In this document: positions 53,209 to 64,000 of the stretch, piece by piece
Layout: every line of letters begins with the position of its first letter
How positions within the stretch are numbered: the stretch's first letter is position 1
NCBI GenBank assembly: GCA_044892525.1
Contig: CM097887.1
Coordinates: 87,708,397 to 87,772,396 of the forward strand
DNA from: Schmidtea polychroa
Lineage: Eukaryota
Direction of reading: 5' to 3'
Length of the DNA stretch: 64,000 nt
Position numbers and translations under genes: made by a program
Notes under the pieces: model-generated
What the model was told of the DNA's origin: nothing
The model's input: the letters and a program-made list of their open reading frames with translations, nothing else
Databases searched by the model: none

Positions 53209-54225
53209 CTTGCGTAAATAACATTAATAACTAATAATATCAAAAATTATGAATGATTAATGGTGGTATTTACATACGAAGGACTATGGATGTTATGGCT
53301 AATATTAATTTGGAAGGAGCTATGTCTAAAGTGCAGATTAAAAAGTAAAAATTAATTTTTAAAAAAATTCTCACGAAAATCGCTATAAAAGAGCGAAATA
53401 AAATAAAATAATTAAATAATTCTCATTTCACAGAGTAGCATAAAATGTTTAGACAACAATACAAAAATCATTATAAATACCGACTGAAAATTCAACTTTT
53501 TCAACTAGTTTCGCTAACCAAAATTTTGCTCTCTGTTTATTTAGTGTATTCTGAATTTTATGTATGTGTTTGTGGGAGACTACGATTGTGGTAACACTTT
53601 ATCCCTGCGTTTGTCCTAGCCTGTCGACACTTTCAACTTTACTTTTATACCTTCGTAACTGAGGACAATTATTTAGTTAATAGCTTAATGCCGATTTTAT
53701 AATGGTATTTCAATGCTTTCTATTGTTCGCATATTCTCTTTTATTAAACTAGTTATTATTAACCAAATGATTATTACGTCTCGATGTACCAGAAAAAAAT
53801 TGAGATTTAAATTTATATGGTCATACTACTTCCCATGTAGACAGTTTATGTTTATAAGAAAACAAAGGGTACATAACCCACCAATAGTCAAATTTATAAA
53901 TTAAATCACCATTTTATTAATCGGTCAATTTCTTTTACACGAAGGTCATTTATATACCAAGACCTACGGTACTTTTTGGATTTAAAATCAGCTATACAAT
54001 TGCGACTTATACACGAGGATTTACGTTAGCAATGTAAAAAAAATTTAATAAATTTATCGATATGAATTTGACATTAATAAATTAAATAGATAAAATGTAC
54101 TAATTGATAAGTTAAAATTCAAAGAAGCAGACATAATTGCAAACATTCTCTGTAATGACCTGTACCAATAGATTATTTTAAATTACGTGTTTCAAAAAAT
54201 TAGAAATAATTTTAATAACTATATA

Positions 54226-55194
54226 TTATCCAAAATCCTTTCTCCAAATAACATTATCCGGCCAAGACCTAGAGTGAGATATTTCAAGAATTGTTTCTGA
54301 AAATATACTGGCAAAAGGTTTATATTTCCTACTAATAAAAAATGAAATCACAATATAATTTTCTGTTGAAGTTCTAATTCCATCCCATTCAATTAAAACT
54401 AATTTTATATTTCTTTTGTCAAATAAATTACCGGCAGCTTTAAATGCATTAATTTCAGAATGTTCAATATCAATCTTCATTATAACATCAACTTTATCGT
54501 CTACCAGGAATAATAAATCATCCAAAAGAATACTATTCACTTGATATGTATCAGCTGAATTTTCGATAATTGGCTGGCCCCCAATATTGTTCCAGACTCT
54601 TTTCATCGAAAAACTTTTTTTTTCATTTGAAATAGCATTTGAGATAATGATAACTTTTTTCTGTAAATTGTTACTTATTACAGATTGTATTAATCGATCG
54701 GTATTGTTGCGATTAGCATCAATAGCAATTACATTGATTCCCAGAGATGCTACACTAAGAGAATAAACTCCAACATTACAGCCAACATCAATAAACTGTA
54801 TTTTGGGATGTTGTTTAATGTAAGTTACAATTTGATGAATCCAATTTCCTTCCCACATTCCATAAAGTAGGATGTGATTAGAAATATAATCATAATTCCC
54901 GTAAATAAATATCACAATTCTTATGTCACCAAAACTTAAAAAACCTTTAATGAAATTATGCTTCTTTTTAATAAGTTCAACAATCTGTAAATTATGAGAA
55001 GTATTCTGATGTTTAAAGAATAAAGTTTCATCGGTATTGGAATTTAAATGCAAAAAAGTAGAACCATTATTCAAAATTATATAATTTTCAAATTTCTCAT
55101 TAGGTTTTTGCAAAAATGGACTATAAAAAATTAAAATAAAAACATTTAAAATCATAATCGTGACTGTCGCTGAAATAAGCAATCGATTATTCAT
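54226..55194 (-). CDS. Intronless FkbM-family SAM-dependent methyltransferase with N-terminal membrane anchor (322 aa)
   Basis: FIDVGCNVGVYSL motif I, ISNAIS, ILLDDL, IMKIDIEHSE, LIEW; hydrophobic residues 5-25. Confidence 0.88.
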   Translation of the reverse strand: MNNRLLISATVTIMILNVFILIFYSPFLQKPNEKFENYIILNNGSTFLHLNSNTDETLFFKHQNTSHNLQIVELIKKKHNFIKGFLSFGDIRIVIFIYGNYDYISNHILLYGMWEGNWIHQIVTYIKQHPKIQFIDVGCNVGVYSLSVASLGINVIAIDANRNNTDRLIQSVISNNLQKKVIIISNAISNEKKSFSMKRVWNNIGGQPIIENSADTYQVNSILLDDLLFLVDDKVDVIMKIDIEHSEINAFKAAGNLFDKRNIKLVLIEWDGIRTSTENYIVISFFISRKYKPFASIFSETILEISHSRSWPDNVIWRKDFG

Positions 55195-57383
55195 TAAATT
55201 TTATTTTAGTTAATAATTTACAAAAAATAAAGTTACTTTAATATTACAAAATTACAAAGTACAATTTCAAAAAGAATGTAGGTTAAAAATAGAAATATAT
55301 AGAGAATGCTAAAAAGTAGGTTATTTATAGATTATTTAATTATTTTACTTTTATAATTAAAATTAATGGAAATTATAATATAAAAAACGAGTTAAATGAA
55401 ACTTAATGATTAATGAGATTACGAAGTCTATGAAAAATTTTAATTTCGAGGACATTTATAAATTTTATTGAACTCAATACACGAATTCTAATATAAATGT
55501 AATGTTCATTAAAATTTTAATATTCATTTCTTATTTAACATAAGTTTTACATATATTTAATTATTGGTGTGATAAAGAGAGTAGATTCTAAGCGCTAGAA
55601 TCTAAGGAAATAGAAATCATTTCTTCGTTTTTTCAATCTAGGAAAGTAACAACATCAAAATGTCCTTAAAACACCCGGTAAAAAAAATATCTATAAATAT
55701 TTATAAATATCGCTAAAAATCTATAAAAAATCTATATAGCTAATTAGGTTTTTCATATCTGAGCGTGGCTTCATATAGAATATTCTAAATCTGTTACACT
55801 AGACCTACATTTGTACGATTTGAGCTGTGACACTGCGATTGTGTAGTCTAGAGAATAGATGTTCATGCAATTATCATATAAAATAGCTCACTCTCGGTTG
55901 TCTGCTACTCATATCATTTTGTATTGGGTATTGTGATGGTAACCGTGACTTTAGATTATTTTAATCATTGTGTTTACAAATTAACAATCCAGTACAAGAT
56001 AAACCTTTATTAATATTCACAGTAGATCGTACAAGTTGTAATTACAACCAATTAAATCCAAATTAATTAATTACACAGAGCTTATTACGACACTACGTGA
56101 AGAATGGGCCTTCTCGTATAATTTTCTGTGACAGTAACGATAACCACTATCCGTCAACCAACTCATCGATTGTTCTATTTGATTTGACCACAACTTTATT
56201 CACTCCACTTCCGCTTTTAATTCAATTTTACAAAAAGTTCTCGTCACTCCCAATTAATTATTTATTATCAACCAGTTCTCTTCTGTCACTCTGTTATGAG
56301 TTCTGTTTTGATTCTCCTTTTAATTCTCTCTTACTCTCCTTTCACTTCTCTCTTCTGACTGTTGTGTCTTCCCTTTTATAGCTTGCCACATTTGCGGTAC
56401 TTGCGATAATTTTGTTCTTCCATTTTTTCTTCTGTATTCCCCGCTGTTGGGTTATTGGGTTGGTGACACTATTTGTAAGTTAAAATTCTTATTCTGACTC
56501 CAAATGTGTCTTTGACAAACCCACAAACAACAATTAACGCTGGAAACTTTATTTAATATCAAAAATATTTTCACAATGATACAATTGGCTCAACAAGCTG
56601 ACTATCGATTATACAGTGCTATTACAACACTATGATGAAGATTAGCACACGCGTATAACCTTGATTTGACAAATCTCACAACTGAGAAGTGTAATAATTG
56701 GTAAATTAACTGGTTGTTTTCTGATTTGACTTGGATTTACTTGCCTAACTTTACTCTGTTATCAACTGAATAAGCTCTTGCTGCTTCGCTTTATTTCTTT
56801 TTCTGATAAATTTTCTCTGCTTCAATTCTCCAACTAAATTAAATATTATATCTCAAATCTTCTGTCGCAACTTTGTTTCACAATATTCCACAATATTCTG
56901 ACTCAAATGTTTCCTCGAAAATATTCTCCTTTAATTGCTTTTCTCGTAATCGTTCCTTTAATTATTCTCCAAATTGTTCTGTAAATCGTTCTCTAACTTG
57001 TTCTGCCTGCTTCTGCTGTGCTACCTTTTTTTATACCTCGTCACTTTGTGGCCCTTCAGTTTATCTTTAATTTTCCATTTTTTTTCTCTCCAACATAAGT
57101 TCCCAACAATTCCTGCATAATTCCTCGTAATCTTTGACAGCTGTCAAGATATTTTCTAATTTAGTTAGGGCTAGTTTGCCCTAGAAAATTTATTACCGAA
57201 CAGACCCCAATCGATAGCTGAAAAAATCAGAGAAAATTTGATTAAGTCTCAATCATCATACGTTATTATAAAGGTACTCCTTATTTTATCCTGTAAATTG
57301 TCCTTTCTGTTATATATTTTTAATCAGACAATATTTTATTCATATGGTTGACAATTATCATGTCAATTATCAATTATCAGAAT

Positions 57384-57823
57384 CACGGGCATCCACAGGA
57401 ATTTTTTCAAGAGGGGAATGGGATGCAAAAATATTTTTTTACCAAGTAGACAATTTTTCTAGGAGAGAAGAGAGTTGAAAAAAAATGCATGTGTATAATA
57501 AATATTTGGGGCATTATACAAAATAGAAATTTTTTTCGTTTATTTACAAAATAGAACACTTTTTTTAAAACCAGAACGTCAGTTAATATTGAAAGTTTTT
57601 ATACAAATAAGATAATTTGAAATCATTGATTTCCAGATATTATTAATAACATTAAAAAAAACAGGAAGCCTCTTTAAATTAAATTATTAATTTTTTCTGT
57701 CTTGGGTTTTTACAACATTGTTTGGGCGTATCTATTAAAATATGTTTAAAATAATCGAAAAATAGAATGGTTTTGGAAATTCGAGGGGGAGGGGGCAAGC
57801 GTCCCCACTTGCGGACGCCCATG
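57384..57823. mobile_element. 440-bp MITE with 8-bp TSD (hAT-like)
   Basis: TIRs CACGGGCATCCAC / GCGGACGCCCATG (10/13); ATCAGAAT at 57376-57383 and 57824-57831. Confidence 0.88.
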
Positions 57824-58273
57824 ATCAGAATCTTACATATAATATATTGTGATAAATAATCACAGGGATGAAAAAAATATCAAACAATCAATTAAAACAA
57901 AATATCAAATCTAGAACAATTTCATGATTTAGTCAAAACGCTTATAACACTTGAAAACAATAAAATTCCATAATATTATAAATATTTAACATTTCATAAA
58001 GCATAAGTAAAAGATATGAAAGATTATGGTCACATGCATAATATATAACCACCAATAAAAATTATTATATAATATATAGTAATATTAAATAATAGAAAAA
58101 TTATAGAGATCATTATCAACAGCAACACATTTTCATCACATTGCACAAGTCCTAACGAATATCATGAATAATGACAACCGAAAGTCAATTTGATGAATAT
58201 TGAATAGGACTTCATAAAATAAAGGCAATAAATTCATTGACTATAACACGGCTAATAATAATAATAATAATAA

Positions 58274-58522
58274 TTAGGTCTCCTTATACGTAGAGAAAAG
58301 AATATAAAGAACTCTTAAAATAGACTTTAGGTCTCCATTGACGACATCTTCTGCTCGAGTTGTAAATGAAGGAACACCGGCATCTTTCATAAGACTAAAA
58401 GCTAATTGAACATTGTTAATTCGTTGATCCATTGTTGTAGGTGTTGGATTAAAGCTGTAGAGAGGAACAAAATATCCTTCTAGTAAACCCATGAGAAGAA
58501 TCAGAAAGACACCATCACAAAA
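58274..58522 (-). CDS. parvin: Parvin, last coding exon (C-terminal CH domain)
   Basis: FCDGVFLILLMGLLEGYFVPL..NVQLAFSLMKDAG..EDVVNGDLKSILRVLYILFSTYK; acceptor TTCTTATAG at 58523. Confidence 0.93.
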   Translation of the reverse strand, partial: FCDGVFLILLMGLLEGYFVPLYSFNPTPTTMDQRINNVQLAFSLMKDAGVPSFTTRAEDVVNGDLKSILRVLYILFSTYKET

Positions 58523-60182
58523 CTATAAGAAATATTTTATATTATTAATAATTTATACGGAATGTAAAACGATGCCATCAAAAGTTAAAATTAGTAATAG
58601 AAAGTTTAAACATGCCTTTCATTCTATTCCATTAAATGGAAAAAATATTTTGTAAATTAACTCAATTTTGTTTTAATATGAGTAACTTTTACGAAGTTTA
58701 ATTTTAGTCTAAATCATGTTTTCACCTGTTTTCAAACGATTATGCCTAATTACATAATTATAAGCCTGGAATCCAATAACATTCATTCGTAATAAAATTA
58801 ATTTGACACTTTTTGATATATGTATATAATAGATTCCAAGTGTTATAGTTTTTACTTTAAGTACCAATTTTTAAGTAAGAATGTTTAATGAAATAAAAGG
58901 AAATATACATCAAATTCTAATAAATTATTAAATAACAATAGTTTTTTATATAATTAAAAGAGCATCTTTTTCTAAAATATACTTTTGCAATATATTTTGA
59001 TGACTCGGTTGTTATTATCAGGTACTAAACAACTTATTAAAGACGATTATGCTTCAATGTCTATTAGTAATTACATAATTATAAGTCTGGAATATAATAA
59101 TATTTATTCCTAATAAAATTAATTTGACACTTTGATACATGTATTTAAATATATTTTACTTAATACATGTGGGAAATTATTGTAGGGTTTGTAAATTGTT
59201 TTATATCCATGGTTTTCTATTCGTAGAACACACCAGAACAATGTAACGATGCTCTTTCAAACAGCCGGTTCTTTTTAAAAAGTTAGTGTTCAAATTTTTA
59301 TAACAAGAATTGTAAAAAATGGATCACTTGAAAATTCAATACAATATTATTGCAGTGCAATTTGTAAAAAGGGGATCATAAAGTACTTTGTTTATTTGAC
59401 TATGTTCACATTTATAAAGCGGATCTAAATCTAAAGCTTAGGAAATGTGTCTTAAGCATGTGTGTTCGGCATGACGGACATTACCGTAGATTTAAAATTA
59501 AATTATTATAAAAAACGAACAATATGTTAAGAAGTGGTTGATGGTCAATGACATCATATCTGTAAGTGAGAGATCTTGGTTGACATAGTTCTAAATTCCA
59601 TGACACTGAGAGAAAACATTTAAAAACATGGATCATTTATTTTAACAAACAACATTTCGGTGTGGTATTAAAAAATTAAAAAATATTATGCCTGACACTG
59701 AATTCGTTTTTGATTTCTTAATTCTAACATATGTCAATAATTTAAATAGGACACTTAGATACAGAATATAGAAAGATGAAAAATAATTTTTAAATTTATT
59801 AATTGCAATCTCTGAGAAAATGTTTTATAATTTTAATCTTTTTAAATGATGAGAACTAATTAAACAAATATGATTATGACTAAGTTATAAACTCAAAAAA
59901 TTCAACATTAATAGTTTAATTAAATTGTTTTTTCATCTTGTGAGGTAAATTATTATTTTTTTTGACTTTTTGATCAAATTTTTAACCTTATAAATTTTGA
60001 AATAACATATTTTAATTTAGTTAAACATGTTTTTACATATTATAAATAAATTTTAAGTTATTTAAAATGTAATTGGTTTTATTGAAAAAAATGCCTTGGC
60101 TATTTGTAACTCACACGGCGCCTTAACTCACTGTATATGCGAGTTATATTTATCTCGCGTGACAGTCAACGTGTTCATAATA

Positions 60183-60867
60183 CACTCAATTCTCTTTTTA
60201 TGCGATAGATACGATACGTTCCATTGAAATTCGCACAAAAACATATTTATATGCCAAATGATAGATACGTTAAATTTACTCCAAAAATCGCATAAAACCT
60301 AAATAATTCCTTAAAATGAAAAAGTAAGTAAATATCCTGAAAAATCATGGAAAATTGCTGAAAATATTGGACAACATGAATATAAGTAAATATATCTAAA
60401 TAGGACTATGAAATACTAAACTTATATTTGTGAAAAATTGAAAATAAATCTCACTAAATTATATTATCATTATCTCTACAACTCGAAGTTAAGTTTTCGG
60501 AATTTTCGTAGAAAAATATTTCACTTAATTTTATATACAAATTATTGTAAATGATTTATTATAGCGCGTTACAACGATTACAGCGATTCTACATGTCGAA
60601 ATTTCGCGTGCATTTTTTATTATGTGTTGTATTTGTGTGTGTCAATACATTTTTTCTACCACTTTCTCATTTTTTATATTAAATGCGTTTATTCATTCCA
60701 ACGCTAAAAATCAGCACACATGTATGTTTGTGTGTTTATATAATATAAACTTATTGAAACTTTTGAAACATGATAGATGTGCCTATCCATTGCAAACGGT
60801 ATATTAGAAAAAAATATTTTTTATCGCACCGCATTATTTCAAAATCGCATAAAAAAAGATCTGAGTG
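60183..60867. mobile_element. 685-bp MITE with TA TSD (Tc1/mariner-like), inside the parvin intron
   Basis: TA|CACTCAattctcTTTTTATGCGA ... TCGCATAAAAAaagatcTGAGTG|TA. Confidence 0.8.
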
Positions 60868-61139
60868 TATTGCCAAAATTTAATTTAGTCATGATAATGT
60901 TCAATTACATTATGAATTTAACAGTTAGTGTCTTAATAATATATCAATAATAATTCTAAATAAGTAAAAAGTTTATCAAAGTACACTTTAAACGAATTTC
61001 AGGCACAATATTTAAGTATATTTAATTTTCAACATTTACAATTTTAAAATTATTTAGATATTTTTTATTGTTTTTAAAATTTTCATAAAATTTGGTTTAA
61101 CTTAGTTTTTACAATTACAATAATTTTTTTACATTATTA

Positions 61140-61680
61140 TCTAATATATAAAGATGAAAGTTTGTTTGTTTGTTACCCATAGAATTCCCCATCGTTGGAC
61201 CTAGGGTACTGAAATTTTGTATGTGACCCTATTTGACTCTGGACAGGTCATAGGCTAGGTTTTAACCCCAGGTAACCACCCCTTGGGTACTCTAAGTCGG
61301 TTTGTTTGTCTCTCCGGTCAGCAATTTACCATATAAATAATAATTTATTATATGCTTGCTACTTGCAGTTGAAAGTAATATAATTTAGTCAAGTTTTCAA
61401 AGCAGAATTCAAACATGGAGAATTTGAATTTTATTTGATTAGTGAACCAGTTTGCAATTGGAAAAATATTGCCAGTTATTTTTTGATTTAAATTGAAGCG
61501 CGTTTTCGATTTTACAAATTGAAATTTATTTTGAAAGCTTTTCTTATTGTAAATTAAACATGGAATTGAAGCTGTTATAAAATTAATATTGAAATGTAAT
61601 AACATCATTAAACAAAAAATTAATTTAAATGAATTATTATAATAAATGTAAACTCGGGCGAAGCCGGGTACAACAGCTAG
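61140..61680 (+). mobile_element. Non-autonomous Helitron (541 bp), inside the parvin intron
   Basis: A|TCTAATATATAAAGATGAAAG(TTTG)n start; subterminal GGCGAAGCC hairpin; CTAG|T end. Confidence 0.82.
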
Positions 61681-62007
61681 TTTGTAATAAATTTTACTTA
61701 GATGTTTCATTTTTAAAATTCTAGGTCTTCAGAAATTATAAAAATTCAGTGAGAATTCAGTAAACAAAGGAATAGAAATAAAATCATTAAAGAGCTATGT
61801 CGACAATATTTACCATGACCAAAATCAACAAAATGTGGGGATAATGGAAATATGACATTGGGGAAATTCTCATGAATCACTTATTTGTTGAAAATTCCTG
61901 CCTGTGTGATTTAGGTATTAACATTACTCAACACGAATGAGCAATCTACGGAGTGCACTTTTAGAAATAAATTATAATATTTAAGAGTTTATAAAATAAT
62001 GAAATAC

Positions 62008-62150
62008 CTGATTATCGAGATCGGTGACTGATAAATTAATTTTTTGCAAGTTCGAGTTGGTAAAAGTTATTAGAGTTTCTCGGACAAGCTGCAATTTATC
62101 TGGAGCGAAATCCACTAATACACTAAATGCGTCTTGTTCATCGGTAGCTT
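62008..62150 (-). CDS. parvin: Parvin, penultimate coding exon
   Basis: Missed by the ORF track. Translates ATDEQDAFSVLVDFAPDKLQLVRETLITFTNSNLQKINLSVTDLDNQ, with donor GT at 62007 in phase 0 with the last exon. Confidence 0.9.
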
Positions 62151-62639
62151 CTGTCAAAATTTGAAAATTGTTGATAAATTAACGCATAAAATTAAAAGTA
62201 GACAGTGATTTAACAATAGTAGAATGTTTGCAAAATTTATAGCTAATAATTAGATATATTGAAATTAAATCCTTTTCCTCGCCATAAAGTTTCCCCCCAC
62301 ACCATTCATCCATTCTCATATAAGTCTAATTCATTTGCGAATAGCGCTCAAATATCAGTTTTATTTTGTGTAATTCACATAAATGTAATTCATCTGTGAA
62401 CCCCTCAAACCACTATAAAAGGCGCTAAAATTTGTACTAGATGTTATTCATCATTATGAGTTATCTTCTGCTAATTTCTGTGGTAAATAACAAACATCCT
62501 AGAAACTTTATAACAAAACCAACTCAAAAGCGATACAAATCTGGAAGGAACTCATCTCAACTATCAAACTATTGTTTATTTCATATACTGTTTTATTAGA
62601 CAATTGATTTTGATCATATTTTGTCAACATGAAATCAAC

Positions 62640-63140
62640 ATGTCATCAATTGAGACAATAACAGACTGGAAAAACTATCCAAGAGAAGTATGTGTATCTT
62701 CAATTCTACGCCAACCGATGTCAAGTGAAGGTGCCGGGCTCACAATGGAGGTGGATGAACCTTTGTTTGTGAAATATAAATATAACAAAGAAAGAGAACG
62801 GGAACAACAATGGGTAGTTGGTGGAATATGCAGAGAAATCAAGGCATGTTTCTTATATTATATTGATAACCGTAACCATGAAACTTTGACTCAGGTGATA
62901 GTCTCAAGTGTTGAAAGTGATTCTAGATTGTGACAAATTGCTGGAGAGGATACGCAAATATTGAGAACATATCTAACTACGATCTTTAGCATTTAACCGT
63001 TAACCACGAAGAGAATATTGTAGAATCAATTACATAAAGGCTCATATGGAGCAATGCAAAAAATCAAATGAGGAAACGGCATAGAATTCATAGATATTTA
63101 CTAGATTCATAACTTTACAAATTTATGTGTCGTCATAGGC
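62640..63140 (+). pseudogene. Degenerate Merlin / IS1595 (ISXO2-like) transposase fragment
   Basis: WKNYPREVC, EVDEPLFVKYKYN, WVVGGICRE..CF..RNHETL, then in broken frames CWRGY, HLTVNHEEN, LDS*L.KFMCR. Confidence 0.8.
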
Positions 63141-64000
63141 ACGTCTCCGATGAGATTTTCACTTGTATATTACATGATATTAGTATTTTGAATCTTATTT
63201 GATTGATATTCATATTTCATTAAAAAATAGTTTGGATAAATGACTAAATGGGGGAAAGGAATAAGGAATAAAGGAATACATGTGAGAGCCAAGTACACAA
63301 TAAAAAAGCGTAGAGACCGTATGAAAGGAGGTTTGACCAAAGGATTTAGAATTTAATTTATTTAAAATTTCTTAACTAATTAAATTAAAAATTTGACTGG
63401 TGGAATTTATAAAGAAATTATTGGCACTGTAATAGCAAATTATAAACTTTTACTGCAATATTGAATAAATTCAAAGTTTCATTTATTAACGCATTTGCAA
63501 ACCTCCAGACTTACTTCACATAAAATTTCATAAACACCCTAAAAACTTAATATTTGCGTATTTTGGGAAAAAATTCAAAAACAGGTAAGTTTTGAAAAAT
63601 AACACCTTTAGGAGTTAGTGACTAAGTACCTATAGTAATCCAACGGTTTAGTAGACACAGAAGTCAAACATTCACGTAATTTAAGTTTATAAAAGTGCAC
63701 TATACAGAGTGCAGAAACAGACTACTCGAATTCAATCAAGACTGAGACTAAAACTCTAGAAAGCGTAGAACTGATTTTGACTCAAGTAATTCAAAGCTAA
63801 AGAACTCAGGAATTCAACTAACGGATGACTAAAGACATGAAAAATTATACGAACCCAACAACAAAGGCGTTTAAGTTGGGACCGATATTTTATTAATTAA
63901 GACAACCAGAATCATTTGAATTTGAAAAAATTTACAAAAGTAAAATTAGTTTTTTTAAATTTTATCTAAGAGACATTACTATTATTATTGTTTAACTTTT

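Noticed and set aside
56090-57160. Purine-rich minus-strand stretch resembling a decayed gag
   Set aside because: Many stops and no complete motif; cannot be assigned.
58740-59145. About 80-bp imperfect direct repeat in the parvin intron
   Set aside because: No termini or TSD; likely an old local duplication.
61348-61710. 120-aa minus-strand ORF
   Set aside because: Lies in an AT-rich Helitron interior; no coding signature.

Overview
AT-rich metazoan genomic DNA; a spliced parvin gene lies at the right end, and a planarian-like host is inferred but not proven. About 53 kb is a nest of giant Ty3/Gypsy-type LTR retroelements. Element B (18289-48949, minus strand, 30,661 bp) is complete. It has 4,237-bp TGTTGG...CCAACA LTRs, identical wherever compared, an AAAA target-site duplication and a tRNA-Pro-like PBS. 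One 4,811-codon ORF runs Gag(3xCCHC) - ubiquitin-like domains - Bcl-2-like domain - chuvirus-type fusion glycoprotein - PR-RT-RH-IN - two ankyrin modules - a second membrane protein. B also has an upstream RING ORF, five downstream accessory ORFs including a full-length TRAF, and an ORF inside the LTR. Element A (1 to about 16.5 kb, plus strand) is a related, mutated copy with a syntenic accessory cassette plus a BIR-BIR-RING IAP. B inserted into a small AT-hook ORF of an older related sequence. All accessory ORFs are preceded by a splice-acceptor-like AG, and most spacers carry UGUAHAUA/AAUAAA motifs, suggesting operon-like processing. The right 11 kb holds further LTR ends, a 120-bp palindrome, an intronless FkbM methyltransferase gene, two parvin exons, hAT- and Tc1-type MITEs, a non-autonomous Helitron and a Merlin relic. 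Giant planarian LTR elements (Burro) are already known, so some of this may be described; novelty needs a database check.
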